Below are positions 13,305-27,225 of a DNA stretch of 64,000 nt, piece after piece. A program made the position numbers and the translations under genes. Positions within the stretch are counted from its first letter, which is position 1. Each line of letters starts with the position of its first letter. Under the pieces are notes generated by a model. The model saw only the letters and a list, made by a program, of their open reading frames with translations. It was not told the origin of the DNA and searched no databases. The DNA comes from Eledone cirrhosa (Eukaryota): the NCBI GenBank assembly GCA_964016885.1, contig OZ024752.1, positions 19,964,001 through 20,028,000 of the forward strand. Reading direction: 5' to 3'.

Positions 13305-13815
13305 ATTAAGATGGACTGGCCATGTAGTGAGAATGGATGATGATCGCATCCCTAGGCAGTTCCTGTATGGTGAGCTGGTCGAAGGTAAACGACCAACGCA
13401 CAAACCAAAACTGAGATACAGGGATTACAAAGCACAGTAAGGAAGATGAAAATATTGGAGAATGACTGGGAGAACCTCGCTCTAGATCGACTTTCCTTGA
13501 GGAAGGCAGTGAGGGGAGAATTTGAAAGTTAAGTAGGGCGGGTCTGGGAAGTCATCGGAGAAGTCACCTACACGGGGACACTGTCAGTTGTGCATTGTAT
13601 GGCATTTCTGTTCGTGGAGAATGTGGGAAAGGGTGTGCTTCAGTTGGTGGACTGAAATATCATTTGAAAGTGCACCAAAATAACACCTACTGAGAGAGGC
13701 CTCCATTGTTGCAACGTCTGTGCAAGAATCCCTTGCAGGACTAAAAAGCCACGTTCGTACTGCTCATACCTAGGTATCAAACGATAGCATTACTCGAAAT
13801 CGAGTTGCAGCCATA
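13305..13815 (+). mobile_element. RTE (BovB-like) LINE 3' fragment with C2H2 zinc fingers, degraded
   Basis: LRWTGHVVRMDDDRIPRQFLYGELVEGKRPTHKPKLRYRD, then a degenerate GECGKGCASVGGLKYHLKVH finger and LAGLKSHVRTAH. Confidence 0.85.
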
Positions 13816-13853
<38 letters not shown>

Positions 13854-14088
13854 GACTTGTTTCTTTCTTCATCACTTTCTGTTGCTTAAACTATTTTGTT
13901 TGTTTACCCTAGCGTCCCCTTTATTTACGTGTCCCAACGACTTTTTTTAGCCGTTGCTCGCACCAACCTGAGGTATATGGCCTTTAAAGCGATGAAATGC
14001 CTACGACGGTTGGAAGGCCACTGATGAAGGACAAACTGTTTCATATGTAACCCATTTGCAACGCCCCAGCTCCATTATTATCATATTT

Positions 14089-14519
<431 letters not shown>

Positions 14520-14986
14520 CATGGCCAACAGTAACAGTAGGAACCAGTCAATGAAAGATATACACTACATATACACTCCATCCCCAGTTCGTCATCTGTT
14601 TCTCTGATGTGCAGACCCCCTCCACAGACACCCCCTCCCCAGACACCCCCCCCCCACCCCCAACCCCCGGACCCCAGACCCACCCTCTCCCAGACATGGT
14701 CCCAGATGACAGAATAGAGAAAGCACTATTCCGGACAATAACGAGGTGTGTGTGTGGTGAGGGGGGGGGGACATGTTGAAAAAGCTATTCCAGCCCGGTG
14801 GGATGACTCCTGCGGGGAGGAGTGTAGCATTTCCGTCCCTTGTTAATCTCATCATCATCATCATCATCATCATCGCTGTCTCCCCAATCACTACCCACTC
14901 CCACTACACCACCATCAAATTTAACCCGCCCCACCGCCATTTACCATCATCGCCACTAATACAAAGACCATCCTAGTACACGCCCG

Positions 14987-15885
14987 TGTATGCGTGTGTA
15001 TATGAACATGTATGTGTGTATATATGAACATGCATGTGTGTATACGTGTGTGTATATGAACATGTGTGTGTGTATATATGAACGTGCATGTGTGTATACG
15101 TGTGTGTATATGAACATGTGTGTGTATAAATGAACGTGTATGTGTATATACGTGTGTGTGTATATGAACATGTGTGTGTATAAATGAACGTGTATGTGTA
15201 TATACGTGTGTGTATATGAACATGTGTGTGTATAAATGAACGTGTATGTGTATATACGTGTGTGTATATGAACATGTGGGTGTATAAATGAACGTGTATG
15301 TGTATATACGTGTGTGTATATGAACATGTGTGTGTATAAATGAACGTGTATGTGTATATACGTGTGTGTATATGAACATGTGGGTGTATAAATGAACGTG
15401 TATGTGTATATACGTGTGTGTATATGAACATGTGTGTGTATAAATGAACGTGTATGTGTATATACGTGTGTGTATATGAACATGTGGGTGTATAAATGAA
15501 CGTGTATGTGTATATACGTGTGTGTATATGAACATGTGGGTGTATAAATGAACGTGTATGTGTATATACGTGTGTGTATATGAACATGTGTGTTTATAAA
15601 TGAACGTGTATGTGTATATACGTGTGTGTATATGAACATGTGTGTGTATAAATGAACGTGTATGTGTATATACGTGTGTGTATATGAACATGTGGGTGTA
15701 TAAATGAACGTGTATGTGTATATACGTGTGTGTATATGAACATGTGGGTGTATAAATGAACGTGTATGTGTATATACGTGTGTGTATATGAACATGTGTG
15801 TGTATAAATGAACGTGTATGTGTATATACGTGTGTGTATATGAACATGTGGGTGTATAAATGAACGTGTATGTGTATATACGTGA
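14987..15885. repeat. 52-bp minisatellite (TATATGAACATGTGTGTGTATAAATGAACGTGTATGTGTATATACGTGTGTG), about 17 copies
   Basis: Direct periodicity; explains the His/Thr/Tyr-rich ORFs. Confidence 0.95.
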
Positions 15886-16439
15886 GTGTAGGTGTGCGGT
15901 GTATATGTGTGTATACGTGTATGTAAGTGTTCGGCTATGAGTATATGTGTGTAAGTGCTCGTGTATATATGTGTATACGCGAGTGTAAGTGGTCGTGTGT
16001 GTGTACGTGTCTGTAAATGAGCGTGTAGATGTGTATGCGTGTGTGTGTGTGAGTGCATGCATGTGTACATATGTGTGTGTACGTGAGTCCGCTGGTATAT
16101 GTATGTATACGTGTGTACATATCTTGTGTTGTAGTAGTAATAGTAGTATTTAATTACCTGGCCAGCGTTGTAGATTTGTTAATATTTTTGCTTTCTTTGG
16201 TCGATTTTTTCTGGTCTTACCTGAAACTTTTTTCTAGTTATTTTTTGTGTGGGTGGGGGGGGGGAGAACTTGGTCACCGCCACCTTAGTGAAATCTCTTC
16301 AATCGATTTAGTAGAATTCAATAAGTCTATAGATATCTTCTTAAGTTAGAGTCATAGAATACAAGGGAGATAAATAGCAATTAATTGCAAGCAGTTACCT
16401 CCCCTTAAAAGTGACGAAGTGACTCTAAGTAAAAAACTT

Positions 16440-16640
16440 TTTCGCCCATTTATTTCTCAGAGGGTCGTAGGGACAGAGTCCTCAAGTATTCCTTCCAGCG
16501 GGTATTGTCAGAAGCAACCGTCTCCATTCGATCAGGCTGGATTTCCATCCGAGCTCATGGATGTCATCTAACCATCTTGCTCGGAATTTACCCCGAAGTC
16601 TCCTGCCAGTTGGTTTTGCCTGTAGAATCTGTCTTTGGTT
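16440..16640 (-). mobile_element. RTE LINE 3' end fragment (same family as 30375-30600 and 13222-13280)
   Basis: Minus strand gives RRLRGKFRARWLDDI; shared tail GACCCTCT.AG.AATAAATGGGCGAA. Confidence 0.7.
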
Positions 16641-17208
16641 AGTAAAATTCTAAATTCTTAACAGTAGAATACTGTATTATAGTGGAAATGCTAATTTGAA
16701 AGCAGGTAGATTTTATTGAATACATATGAAAGATATACTCTTAATGAACCATATTAAGTATCTTCCAGGAGTTGCAACCATTAGATAGTATTAGTAATGT
16801 AAACATATGACAGGCTCCACCCCAGTTAACGAATGAGGTGTGGGATCTTGCTGATCGGTTCTTCCTCTCTCAAGTATTGTTGCTGCTACAGTCTAGTCAC
16901 CCGACTGATTATTATAATGTTTCTTTCTTACATATTTTAACCTATGATTTACAGATATACCGGCCTCTCATTCTGCCTTTCCACAGTGATTTCTCTTCCT
17001 TGAGGCTGCCTGCTCTTGTGCCACCTTACTTTTCTACCCCTTCCGAATAAAGGGGTGGGTGGACCCTTCAGTTGTGTCAAACACATAATAACCTCCTTAG
17101 TACTGCTGTCAATAAAATACATGGCAGAACGCAAGACTACATATCCTCAGCCAATTTGAGAGGTCAGTAGCCCTGCTTGAGTTCTAATTTGGTGTGTGAA
17201 ACCCATCC

Positions 17209-17998
17209 AACTCTAGCAGGGAACTACAGACGCTAAATGATGGACATGCATGGTTTGAAAACATTTGGTTATAGATTTACTGAATCTGGAATGAGATGGG
17301 ATTATTGGATATGGTTTATTGGAAAATATTTGATCTGTTGAATAAGAAACGAGATGAGCTCAGATTACTGGACAAGAATGGCTGGGAAACATTTGATCAT
17401 AAGTCTGCTGAATCAGGACTAAATCACATCATAGTTGAGTGTTATTATTATAAGGGTGGTGGATTGGCAGTATTGGTAGAGGGTCGGACGCCATGCTTTG
17501 ACGCATAGAGTTACGGTCCTTGCTATTCTGAGTTCAAATCCCGCCGAGGTTAACTTTGCCTTTCATCCTTACGGGGTTGATAAAATAAAGTACCAGTAAT
17601 GCACTGGGATAATTGCTGGCCTTGTGCCAAAAGTAGAAACAATTATTATAAACAAGTGGTGGATTGGCAGTATCGGTAGAGGTCAAACGCCATGCTTTGC
17701 AGTAAAGAGTTACGGCCCTTTATGGTCTGAGTTCAAATCCCACCGAGGTTAACTTTGCCTTTCATCCTTACGGGGGTCGATAAAATAAAGTACCAGTACT
17801 GGGATAATTACTGGCCTTGTGCCAAAAGTAGAAATAATTATTATAAACAAGTGAATATGGCTGTTAAACATCAACACCACTATTTTACTTTTACCCTTTA
17901 ACAATAAGTAAATACAGCATGGCTGACTCCTGACTAAGCATTTGATTCAATCCCATAGTGACATTTTTGGTGTGTCATTTACCATAGCATCAGATCTA
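17209..17998 (+). repeat. Left arm of a 397-bp inverted duplication, interrupted by two SINEs
   Basis: Reverse complement of 27226-27622 once the SINE block (about 17454-17853) is removed. Confidence 0.93.
17454..17853 (+). mobile_element. Two tandem tRNA-derived SINEs (~195 bp each)
   Basis: Pol III A-box TGGCAGTATCGG, B-box GAGTTCAAATCC, central GCCTTTCATCCTTACGGGGTCGATAAAAT (Meta/Sauria-SINE-like domain), (ATT)n tail. Confidence 0.92.
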
Positions 17999-18379
17999 GC
18001 AGGCTACATTTCTTCAATTAGTAATTTTTTCTCAAGAGTAACAGATGACAGGAACTTAGAATGTTAATCAATGGTTTATATGATGACACCACTTCTACAC
18101 TGTATTTCTGGCGAACATTTGCAACACTTGAAAACCACACTCTATAGTGGAGATATATATTCACCTCTAGAAACGCTGAAATCGCTAATATAATAAAAGC
18201 CGTGTGTATTTGTCTGTCACACACTAATGATGACTGACAAAGGAAGGGGTGGTGTCATCGACTGGGGAAGGAAGGGGTGGCAGCGTTTAACATTTGCTAC
18301 ACTTGTGTGTATGTATCTATGTATAGCAAATTGGCTACACACATTGGCTGTTATGATTGTGAGTGTGTGTGTATATATA

Positions 18380-18660
18380 TTTTTTTTCACGCTCAGAGTT
18401 GCTGAAGCATGGAACAAACTGCCTGCGTCAGTTGTTAGCTGCCGAGACACTGCATCCTTTAAAACCCTCATGCTTCCCGAAATTCGCCAAAACTGCACCT
18501 GATTTACCCCTTCCATACACATGCACACATGTCTATATCATGACACATGCACTGTTCATTTTCCTGACGTTTGTACATTACTCTATATACTATACATACA
18601 CTTTTTGATGAGTTGTAGTGCACCTGAGCACTGTACACAATATTTCATTATTATTATTAT
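18380..18660 (+). mobile_element. CR1-like LINE 3' end with 3'UTR and (ATT)n tail
   Basis: FFTLRVAEAWNKLPASVVSCRDTASFK is the CR1/L2-type RT C-terminal motif; the 3'UTR recurs inverted at about 43440-43545 and 46990-47045. Confidence 0.8.
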
Positions 18661-19444
18661 ATGTGTGTTTATGTAAATTATATATATAATATTTGTGTGT
18701 GTTTATTTAGAAAGATACATAGACAATAGAATTACAAACACACACGAATCTACACATACATATATATAAAGAGACACTGAAAAAAGATTATTATTACATA
18801 CACACACATCTATATGATGATTGAAGAAGGAGAGGATGAAAAACTATAGAAGTCCAGCGTTCTAAGATTCGTCACAGCTGTGTGTTTCTATGTTTGTATC
18901 ACTCGTGTGAGTGAGCGTGAAAGAGCCAACAAACAAACAAACATCTCTTATTTATATTATGTATAGATATTACAATTAGCCATCATTTTTGACAGCAAGT
19001 GGCTAACTAGTTGATATATAATTTACAACCTGAAGTTTGTAATGCAGGCATGGTAATATCATGGACATTGGCTTTCAATAAGCAAACATCAGTATTTATA
19101 AATGATAATATCAGTTGTACGCTATCTCTTGAGATGAAAGCTAATGTAGCAGAGCCATGATCAATGGTATTCCAACCAGAACTAAATTGTCCTTTTCCCT
19201 TCTAATAGTGCACCAAGGGCACATCAAATGTCTTTCTTTTCTATGATGATTCAATATGATTTGAAGGAGATTTGGTTTCTATTTCTAACAGATTTAGTGA
19301 CCATATTACTCCTGTTTGGTTATCTGTTTGGAAGAATCGTTTCGACTATGAGTGTTTTAATTGTGTATTTGATAAATGGAACAGCATGCTGATGATATTA
19401 AGGTGGAAGTGACCGAACATTTCACCATTTCACTGTGAAGACCA

Positions 19445-22400
19445 TGAGGAACAATTAGATGTTTTTAACACCAAATGTCTACGGAAAATACTTGGCATCA
19501 GGTGGGATAACTTCATCACCAACAAAGAAGTCTGTCAACGAACCCAGCAACAACGTGTTGTCTAACATCATGTGGGAATGTCCACTTGGCTAGATGGGTC
19601 ACATCACACGATCCCCAAGTGAGAGACGAGTTAATCATGTCCTGTATTGCTACCCTCCATGGAAAGAGGTAAAGAGGACGCCCCAAGATGAAATGGCAGC
19701 AGACAATCGACAGAGACCTGAAACCTGTCAACATAAGTTGGAACGATGTATTGATAGATGTAACAGACCGTGGTCATTGGAGCACTTTGGCTACCTCATA
19801 TGTCTCAAGACATGCGATGTATTGATAGATGTAACTGACTGTAGTCATTGGAATACTTTGGCTGTCTCATGTGTCTCAAGGTGTGAGATGTATTGATAGA
19901 TGTGACTGACTGTGGTCATTGGAACACTTTGGCTGCCTCATGTGTCTCAAGACATGGGATGTATTGATAGATGTAACTGACTGTGGTCATTGGAGCACTT
20001 TGGCTACCTCATGTGTCTCAAGACATGCGATGTATTGATAGATGTGACTGACTGTGGTCATTGGAACACTTTGGCTACCTCATATGTCTTAAGACATGGG
20101 ATGTATTGATAGATGTAACTGACTGTGGTCATTGGAGCACTTTGGCTACCTCATGTGTCTCAAGACATGCGATGTATTGATAGATGTAACTGACTGTAGT
20201 CATTGGAATACTTTGGCTGTCTCATGTGTCTCAAGACATGGGATGTATTGATAGATGTAACTGACTGTAGTCATTGGAACACTTTGGCTGCCTCATGTGT
20301 CTTAAGACATGGGATGTATTGATAGATGTGACCGACTGTGGTCATTGGAGCACTTTGGCTGTCTCATGTGTCTCAAGACATGGGATGTATTGATAGATGT
20401 GACCGACTGTGGTCATTGGAGCACTTAGGCTGTCTCATGTGTCTCAAGACATGGGATGTATTGATAGATGTAACTGACTGTGGTCATTGGAGCACTTTGG
20501 CTGCCTCATGTGTCTCAAGACATGGGATGTATTGATAGATGTGACCGACTGTGGTCATTGGAGCACTTAGGCTGTCTCATGTGTCTCAAGACATGGGATG
20601 TATTGATAGATGTAACTGACTGTAGTCATTGGAACACTTTGGCTGTCTCATGTGTCTCAAGACATGGGATGTATTGATAGATGTAACTGAGTGTGGTCAT
20701 TGGAACACTTTGGCTGCCTCATGTGTCTTAAGACATGGGATGTATTGATAGATGTAACTGACTGTGGTTATTGGAACACTTTGGCTGCCTCATGTGTCTT
20801 AAGACATGGGATGTATTGATAGATGTGACCGACTGTGGTCATTGGAACACTTTGGCTACCTCATCTGTCTTAAGACATGGGATGTATTGATAGATGTAAC
20901 TGACTGTAGTCATTGGAACACTTTGGCTGCCTCATGTGTCTTAAGACATGGGATGTATTGATAGATGTAACTGACTGTGGTTATTGGAACACTTTGGCTG
21001 CCTCATGTGTCTTAAGACATGGGATGTATTGATAGATGTGACTGACTGTGGTCATTGGAACACTTTGGCTGCCTCATGTGTCTCAAGACATGGGATGTAT
21101 TGATAGATGTAACTGACTGTAGTCATTGGAACACTTTGGCTGCCTCATGTGTCTTAAGACATGGGATGTATTGATAGATGTAACTGACTGTAGTCATTGG
21201 AACACTTTGGCTGCCTCATGTGTCTTAAGACATGGGATGTATTGATAGATGTAACTGACTGTGGTTATTGGAACACTTTGGCTGCCTCATGTGTCTCAAG
21301 ACATGGGATGTATTGATAGATGTAACTGACTGTGGTCATTGGAGCACTTTGGCTACCTCATGTGTCTCAAGACATGCGATGTATTGATAGATGTAACTGA
21401 CTGTAGTCATTGGAACACTTTGGCTGCCTCATGTGTCTTAAGACATGGGATGTATTGATAGATGTAACTGACCATGGTCATTGGAACACTTTGGCTGCCT
21501 TGTGTGTCTCAAGACATGGGATGTATTGATAGATGTAACTGACCATGGTCATTGGAACACTTTGGCTGCCTCATGTGTCTTAAGACATGGGATGTATTGA
21601 TAGATGTGACTGACTGTGGTCATTGGAGCACTTTGGCTGCCTCATGTGTCTTAAGACATGGGATGTATTGATAGATGTGACCGACTGTAGTCATTGGAAC
21701 ACTTTGGCTGCCTCATGTGTCTCAAGACATGGGATGTATTGATAGATGTAACTGACTGTGGTCATTGGAACACTTTGGCTGCCTCATGTGTCTCAAGACA
21801 TGGGATGTATTGATAGATGTAACTGACTGTGGTCATTGGAACACTTTGGCTACCTCATCTGTCTTAAGACATGGGATGTATTGATAGATGTAACTGACTG
21901 TAGTCATTGGAACACTTTGGCTGCCTCATGTGTCTTAAGACATGGGATGTATTGATAGATGTAACTGACCATGGTCATTGGAACACTTTGGCTGCCTCAT
22001 GTGTCTTAAGACATGGGATGTATTGATAGATGTGACTGACTGTGGTCATTGGAACACTTTGGCTGTCTCATGTGTCTCAAGACATGGGATGTATTGATAG
22101 ATGTAACTGACTGTAGTCATTGGAACACTTTGGCTACCTCATGTGTCTTAAGACATGGGATGTATTGATAGATGTAACTGACTGTGGTCATTGGAACACT
22201 TTGGCTACCTCATCTGTCTTAAGACATGGGATGTATTGATAGATGTAACTGACTGTAGTCATTGGAACACTTTGGCTACCTCATGTGTCTTAAGACATGG
22301 GATGTATTGATAGATGTGACTGACTGTGGTTATTGGAACACTTTGGCTACCTCATCTGTCTTAAGACATGGGATGTATTGATAGATGTAACTGACTGTGG

Positions 22401-25400
22401 TCATTGGAACACTTTGGCTGCCTCATGTGTCTTAAGACATGGGATGTATTGATAGATGTGACCGACTGTAGTCATTGGAACACTTTGGCTGTCTCATCTG
22501 TCTTAAGACATGGGATGTATTGATAGATGTAACTGACTGTGGTCATTGGAACACTTTGGCTGCCTCATGTGTCTCAAGACATGGGATGTATTGATAGATG
22601 TAACTGACTGTGGTCATTGGAGCACTTTGGCTGCCTCATGTGTCTCAAGACATGGGATGTATTGATAGATGTGACCGACTGTGGTCATTGGAGCACTTAG
22701 GCTGTCTCATGTGTCTCAAGACATGGGATGTATTGATAGATGTAACTGACTGTGGTCATTGGAACACTTTGGCTACCTCATCTGTCTTAAGACATGGGAT
22801 GTATTGATAGATGTAACTGACTGTGGTCATTGGAACACTTTGGCTGCCTCATGTGTCTCAAGACATGGGATGTATTGATAGATGTAACTGACTGTGGTCA
22901 TTGGAACACTTTGGCTACCTCATCTATCTTAAGACATGGGATGTATTGATAGATGTAACTGAGTGTGGTTATTGGAGCACTTTGGCTGCCTCATATGTCT
23001 CAAGACATGGGATGTATTGATAGATGTGACCGACTGTAGTCATTGGAACACTTTGGCTGCCTCATGTGTCTTAAGACATGGGATGTATTGATAGATGTAA
23101 CTGACTGTGGTTATTGGAACACTTTGGCTGCCTCATGTGTCTTAAGACATGGGATGTATTGATAGATGTGACTGACTGTGGTCATTGGAGTACTTCGGCT
23201 GCCTCATGTGTCTTAAGACATGGGATGTATTGATAGATGTGACTGACTGTGGTCATTGGAACACTTTGGCTGCCTCATGTGTCTCAAGACATGGGATGTA
23301 TTGATAGATGTAACTGACTGTGGTCATTGGAACACTTTGGCTACCTCATGTGTCTCAAGACATGGGATGTATTGATAGATGTAACTGAGTGTGGTTATTG
23401 GAACACTTTGGCTGCCTCATGTGTCTCAAGACATGGGATGTATTGATAGATGTAACTGACTGTGGTTATTGGAACACTTTGGCTGCCTCATGTGTCTTAA
23501 GACATGGGATGTATTGATAGATGTGACTGACTGTGGTCATTGGAACACTTTGGCTGTCTCATCTGTCTTAAGACATGGGATGTATTGATAGATGTAACTG
23601 ACTGTGGTCATTGGAACACTTTGGCTACCTCATATGTCTCAAGACATGGGATGTATTGATAGATGTAACTGACTGTGGTCATTGGAGCACTTTGGCTACC
23701 TCATATGTCTCAAGACATGGGATGTATTGATAGATGTGACTGACTGTGGTCATTGGAACACTTTGGCTACCTCATATGTCTCAAGACATGGGATGTATTG
23801 ATAGATGTAACTGACTGTGGTCATTGGAACACTTTGGTTGCCTCATGTGTCTTAAGACATGGGATGTATTGATAGATGTAACTGACTGTGGTCATTGGAG
23901 CACTTTGGCTACCTCATGTGTCTCAAGACATGCGATGTATTGATAGATGTAACTGACTGTGGTGGTCATTGGAGCACTTTGGCTACCTCATGTGTCTCAA
24001 GACATGGGATGTATTGATAGATGTAACTGACTGTGGTCATTGGAGCACTTTGGCTACCTCATGTGTCTCAAGACATGGGATGTATTTATAGATGTAACTG
24101 ACTGTAGTCATTGGAATACTTTGGCTGCCTCATGTGTCTCAAGACATGGGATGTATTGATAGATGTGACTGACTGTGGTTATTGGAACACTTTGGATGTC
24201 TCATGTGTCTTAAGGTGTGCGATGTATTGACAGATGTAACTGACTGTGGTTATTGGAGCACTTTGGCTACCTCATGTGTCTCAAGACATGCGATGTATTG
24301 ATAGATGTAACTGACTGTGGTCATTGGAGCACTTTGGTTGTCTCATGTGTCTCAAGGTGTGCGATGTATTGATAGATGTAACTGACTGTGGTTATTGGAG
24401 CACTTTGGCTGTCTCATCTGTCTTAAGACATGGGATGTATTGATAGATGTAACTGACTGTGGTCATTGGAACACTTTGGCTGCCTCATGTGTCTCAAGAC
24501 ATGGGATGTATTGATAGATGTAACTGACTGTGGTCATTGGAGCACTTTGGCTGCCTCATGTGTCTCAAGACATGGGATGTATTGATAGATGTGACCGACT
24601 GTGGTCATTGGAGCACTTAGGCTGTCTCATGTGTCTCAAGACATGGGATGTATTGATAGATGTAACTGACTGTGGTCATTGGAACACTTTGGCTACCTCA
24701 TCTGTCTTAAGACATGGGATGTATTGATAGATGTAACTGACTGTGGTCATTGGAACACTTTGGCTGCCTCATGTGTCTCAAGACATGGGATGTATTGATA
24801 GATGTAACTGACTGTGGTCATTGGAACACTTTGGCTACCTCATCTATCTTAAGACATGGGATGTATTGATAGATGTAACTGAGTGTGGTTATTGGAGCAC
24901 TTTGGCTGCCTCATATGTCTCAAGACATGGGATGTATTGATAGATGTGACCGACTGTAGTCATTGGAACACTTTGGCTGCCTCATGTGTCTTAAGACATG
25001 GGATGTATTGATAGATGTAACTGACTGTGGTTATTGGAACACTTTGGCTGCCTCATGTGTCTTAAGACATGGGATGTATTGATAGATGTGACTGACTGTG
25101 GTCATTGGAGTACTTCGGCTGCCTCATGTGTCTTAAGACATGGGATGTATTGATAGATGTGACTGACTGTGGTCATTGGAACACTTTGGCTGCCTCATGT
25201 GTCTCAAGACATGGGATGTATTGATAGATGTAACTGACTGTGGTCATTGGAACACTTTGGCTACCTCATGTGTCTCAAGACATGGGATGTATTGATAGAT
25301 GTAACTGAGTGTGGTTATTGGAACACTTTGGCTGCCTCATGTGTCTCAAGACATGGGATGTATTGATAGATGTAACTGACTGTGGTTATTGGAACACTTT

Positions 25401-26729
25401 GGCTGCCTCATGTGTCTTAAGACATGGGATGTATTGATAGATGTGACTGACTGTGGTCATTGGAACACTTTGGCTGTCTCATCTGTCTTAAGACATGGGA
25501 TGTATTGATAGATGTAACTGACTGTGGTCATTGGAACACTTTGGCTACCTCATATGTCTCAAGACATGGGATGTATTGATAGATGTAACTGACTGTGGTC
25601 ATTGGAGCACTTTGGCTACCTCATATGTCTCAAGACATGGGATGTATTGATAGATGTGACTGACTGTGGTCATTGGAACACTTTGGCTACCTCATATGTC
25701 TCAAGACATGGGATGTATTGATAGATGTAACTGACTGTGGTCATTGGAACACTTTGGTTGCCTCATGTGTCTTAAGACATGGGATGTATTGATAGATGTA
25801 ACTGACTGTGGTCATTGGAGCACTTTGGCTACCTCATGTGTCTCAAGACATGCGATGTATTGATAGATGTAACTGACTGTGGTGGTCATTGGAGCACTTT
25901 GGCTACCTCATGTGTCTCAAGACATGGGATGTATTGATAGATGTAACTGACTTTGGTCATTGGAGCACTTTGGCTACCTCATGTGTCTCAAGACATGGGA
26001 TGTATTTATAGATGTAACTGACTGTAGTCATTGGAATACTTTGGCTGCCTCATGTGTCTCAAGACATGGGATGTATTGATAGATGTGACTGACTGTGGTT
26101 ATTGGAACACTTTGGTTGTCTCATGTGTCTTAAGGTGTGCGATGTATTGACAGATGTAACTGACTGTGGTTATTGGAGCACTTTGGCTACCTCATGTGTC
26201 TCAAGACATGCGATGTATTGATAGATGTAACTGACTGTGGTCATTGGAGCACTTTGGTTGTCTCATGTGTCTCAAGGTGTGCGATGTATTGATAGATGTA
26301 ACTGACTGTGGTTATTGGAGCACTTTGGCTGCCTCATGTGTCTCAAGACATGGGATGTATTGATAGATGTAACTGACTGTGGTCATTGGAGCACTTTGGC
26401 TGCCTCATGTGTCTCAAGGTGTGGGATGTATTGATAGATGTAACTGACTGTGGTCATTGGAGCACTTTGGCTACCTCATGTGTCTCAAGACATGGGATGT
26501 ATTGATAGATGTAACTGACTGTGGTTATTGGAGCACTTTGGCTACCTCATGTGTCTCAAGACATGGGATGTATTGATAGATGTAACTGACTGTGGTCATT
26601 GGAGCACTTTGGCTACCTCATATGTCTCAAGACATGGGATGTATTGATAGATGTAACTGACTGTGGTCATTGGAGCACTTTGGTTGTCTCAAGTGTCTCA
26701 AGTCATGGGAGGTCCTAAGTCTAAGTAAG
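19445..26729 (+). mobile_element. RTE LINE 3' fragment whose last codons are expanded into the 71-bp satellite
   Basis: QLDVFNTKCLRKILGIRWDNFITNKEV...GHITR...RGRPKMKWQQTIDRDLKPVNISWNDVLIDVTDRGHWSTL runs straight into the array; LINE-type tail CCTAAGTCTAAGTAAG follows the array. Confidence 0.85.
19745..26709. repeat. 71-bp satellite, about 98 copies
   Basis: Unit GATGTATTGATAGATGTAACTGACTGTGGTCATTGGAACACTTTGGCTGCCTCATGTGTCTCAAGACATGG. Confidence 0.98.
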
Positions 26730-27225
26730 ACTGAGCATTTCACAGAGATCATCATCATCATTTTACGTCCACTTTTCCCTGCTTGCAAGGGTGGGATGGG
26801 AACTGATTCTGGCTTGATTTCTACAGCTGGGTGCCCTTCCTAACACCAACCTCATTTACAGTGAGTGCTGGGTGGTTTTTGCCGTGGCACCTACACGACC
26901 ACTTTACAGTGGAATGATAGGGACCCCACTCCCTATCATCTCATTTCTACAGCTGAGTAAACTGGAGCAATGTGAAATAAAGTGTCTTGCTCAAGGAAAC
27001 AACACATCACCCGGTCTGAGAATTGAACTCACAACCTTTCGATTGCAAGGCCAATGTTCTAACCACTAAGCCATGTGCCTCCATCATGTGTAGTTTTAAT
27101 GTAATTCTGGAGCATATTTTAGTGTGAGATGTGTGACATGGCTGACCCTTTGAATTACGGGTATAATCCATCGAATGTGCTTCCAAATGTTTTCTGTCTA
27201 CCTAATTTCCGTAATAAGTCTTGGG

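Noticed and set aside
14921-16120. His/Thr/Tyr-rich ORFs (also 48015-49208)
   Set aside because: Translations of TA/CA-based repeats, open in multiple frames
17296-17508. Near-identical small ORFs at 17296 (+) and 27350-27535 (-), suggesting a duplicated peptide gene
   Set aside because: By-product of the inverted duplication; the left one is interrupted by a SINE; no coding features
17454-17650. tRNA gene suggested by A and B boxes
   Set aside because: Box spacing too long, no cloverleaf, continues into SINE body and tail, more than ten dispersed copies
19745-26709. CRISPR-like appearance of the long regular arrays (also 1-8453 and 50516-53010)
   Set aside because: Units are contiguous with no unique spacers, there are no cas genes, and the context is eukaryotic
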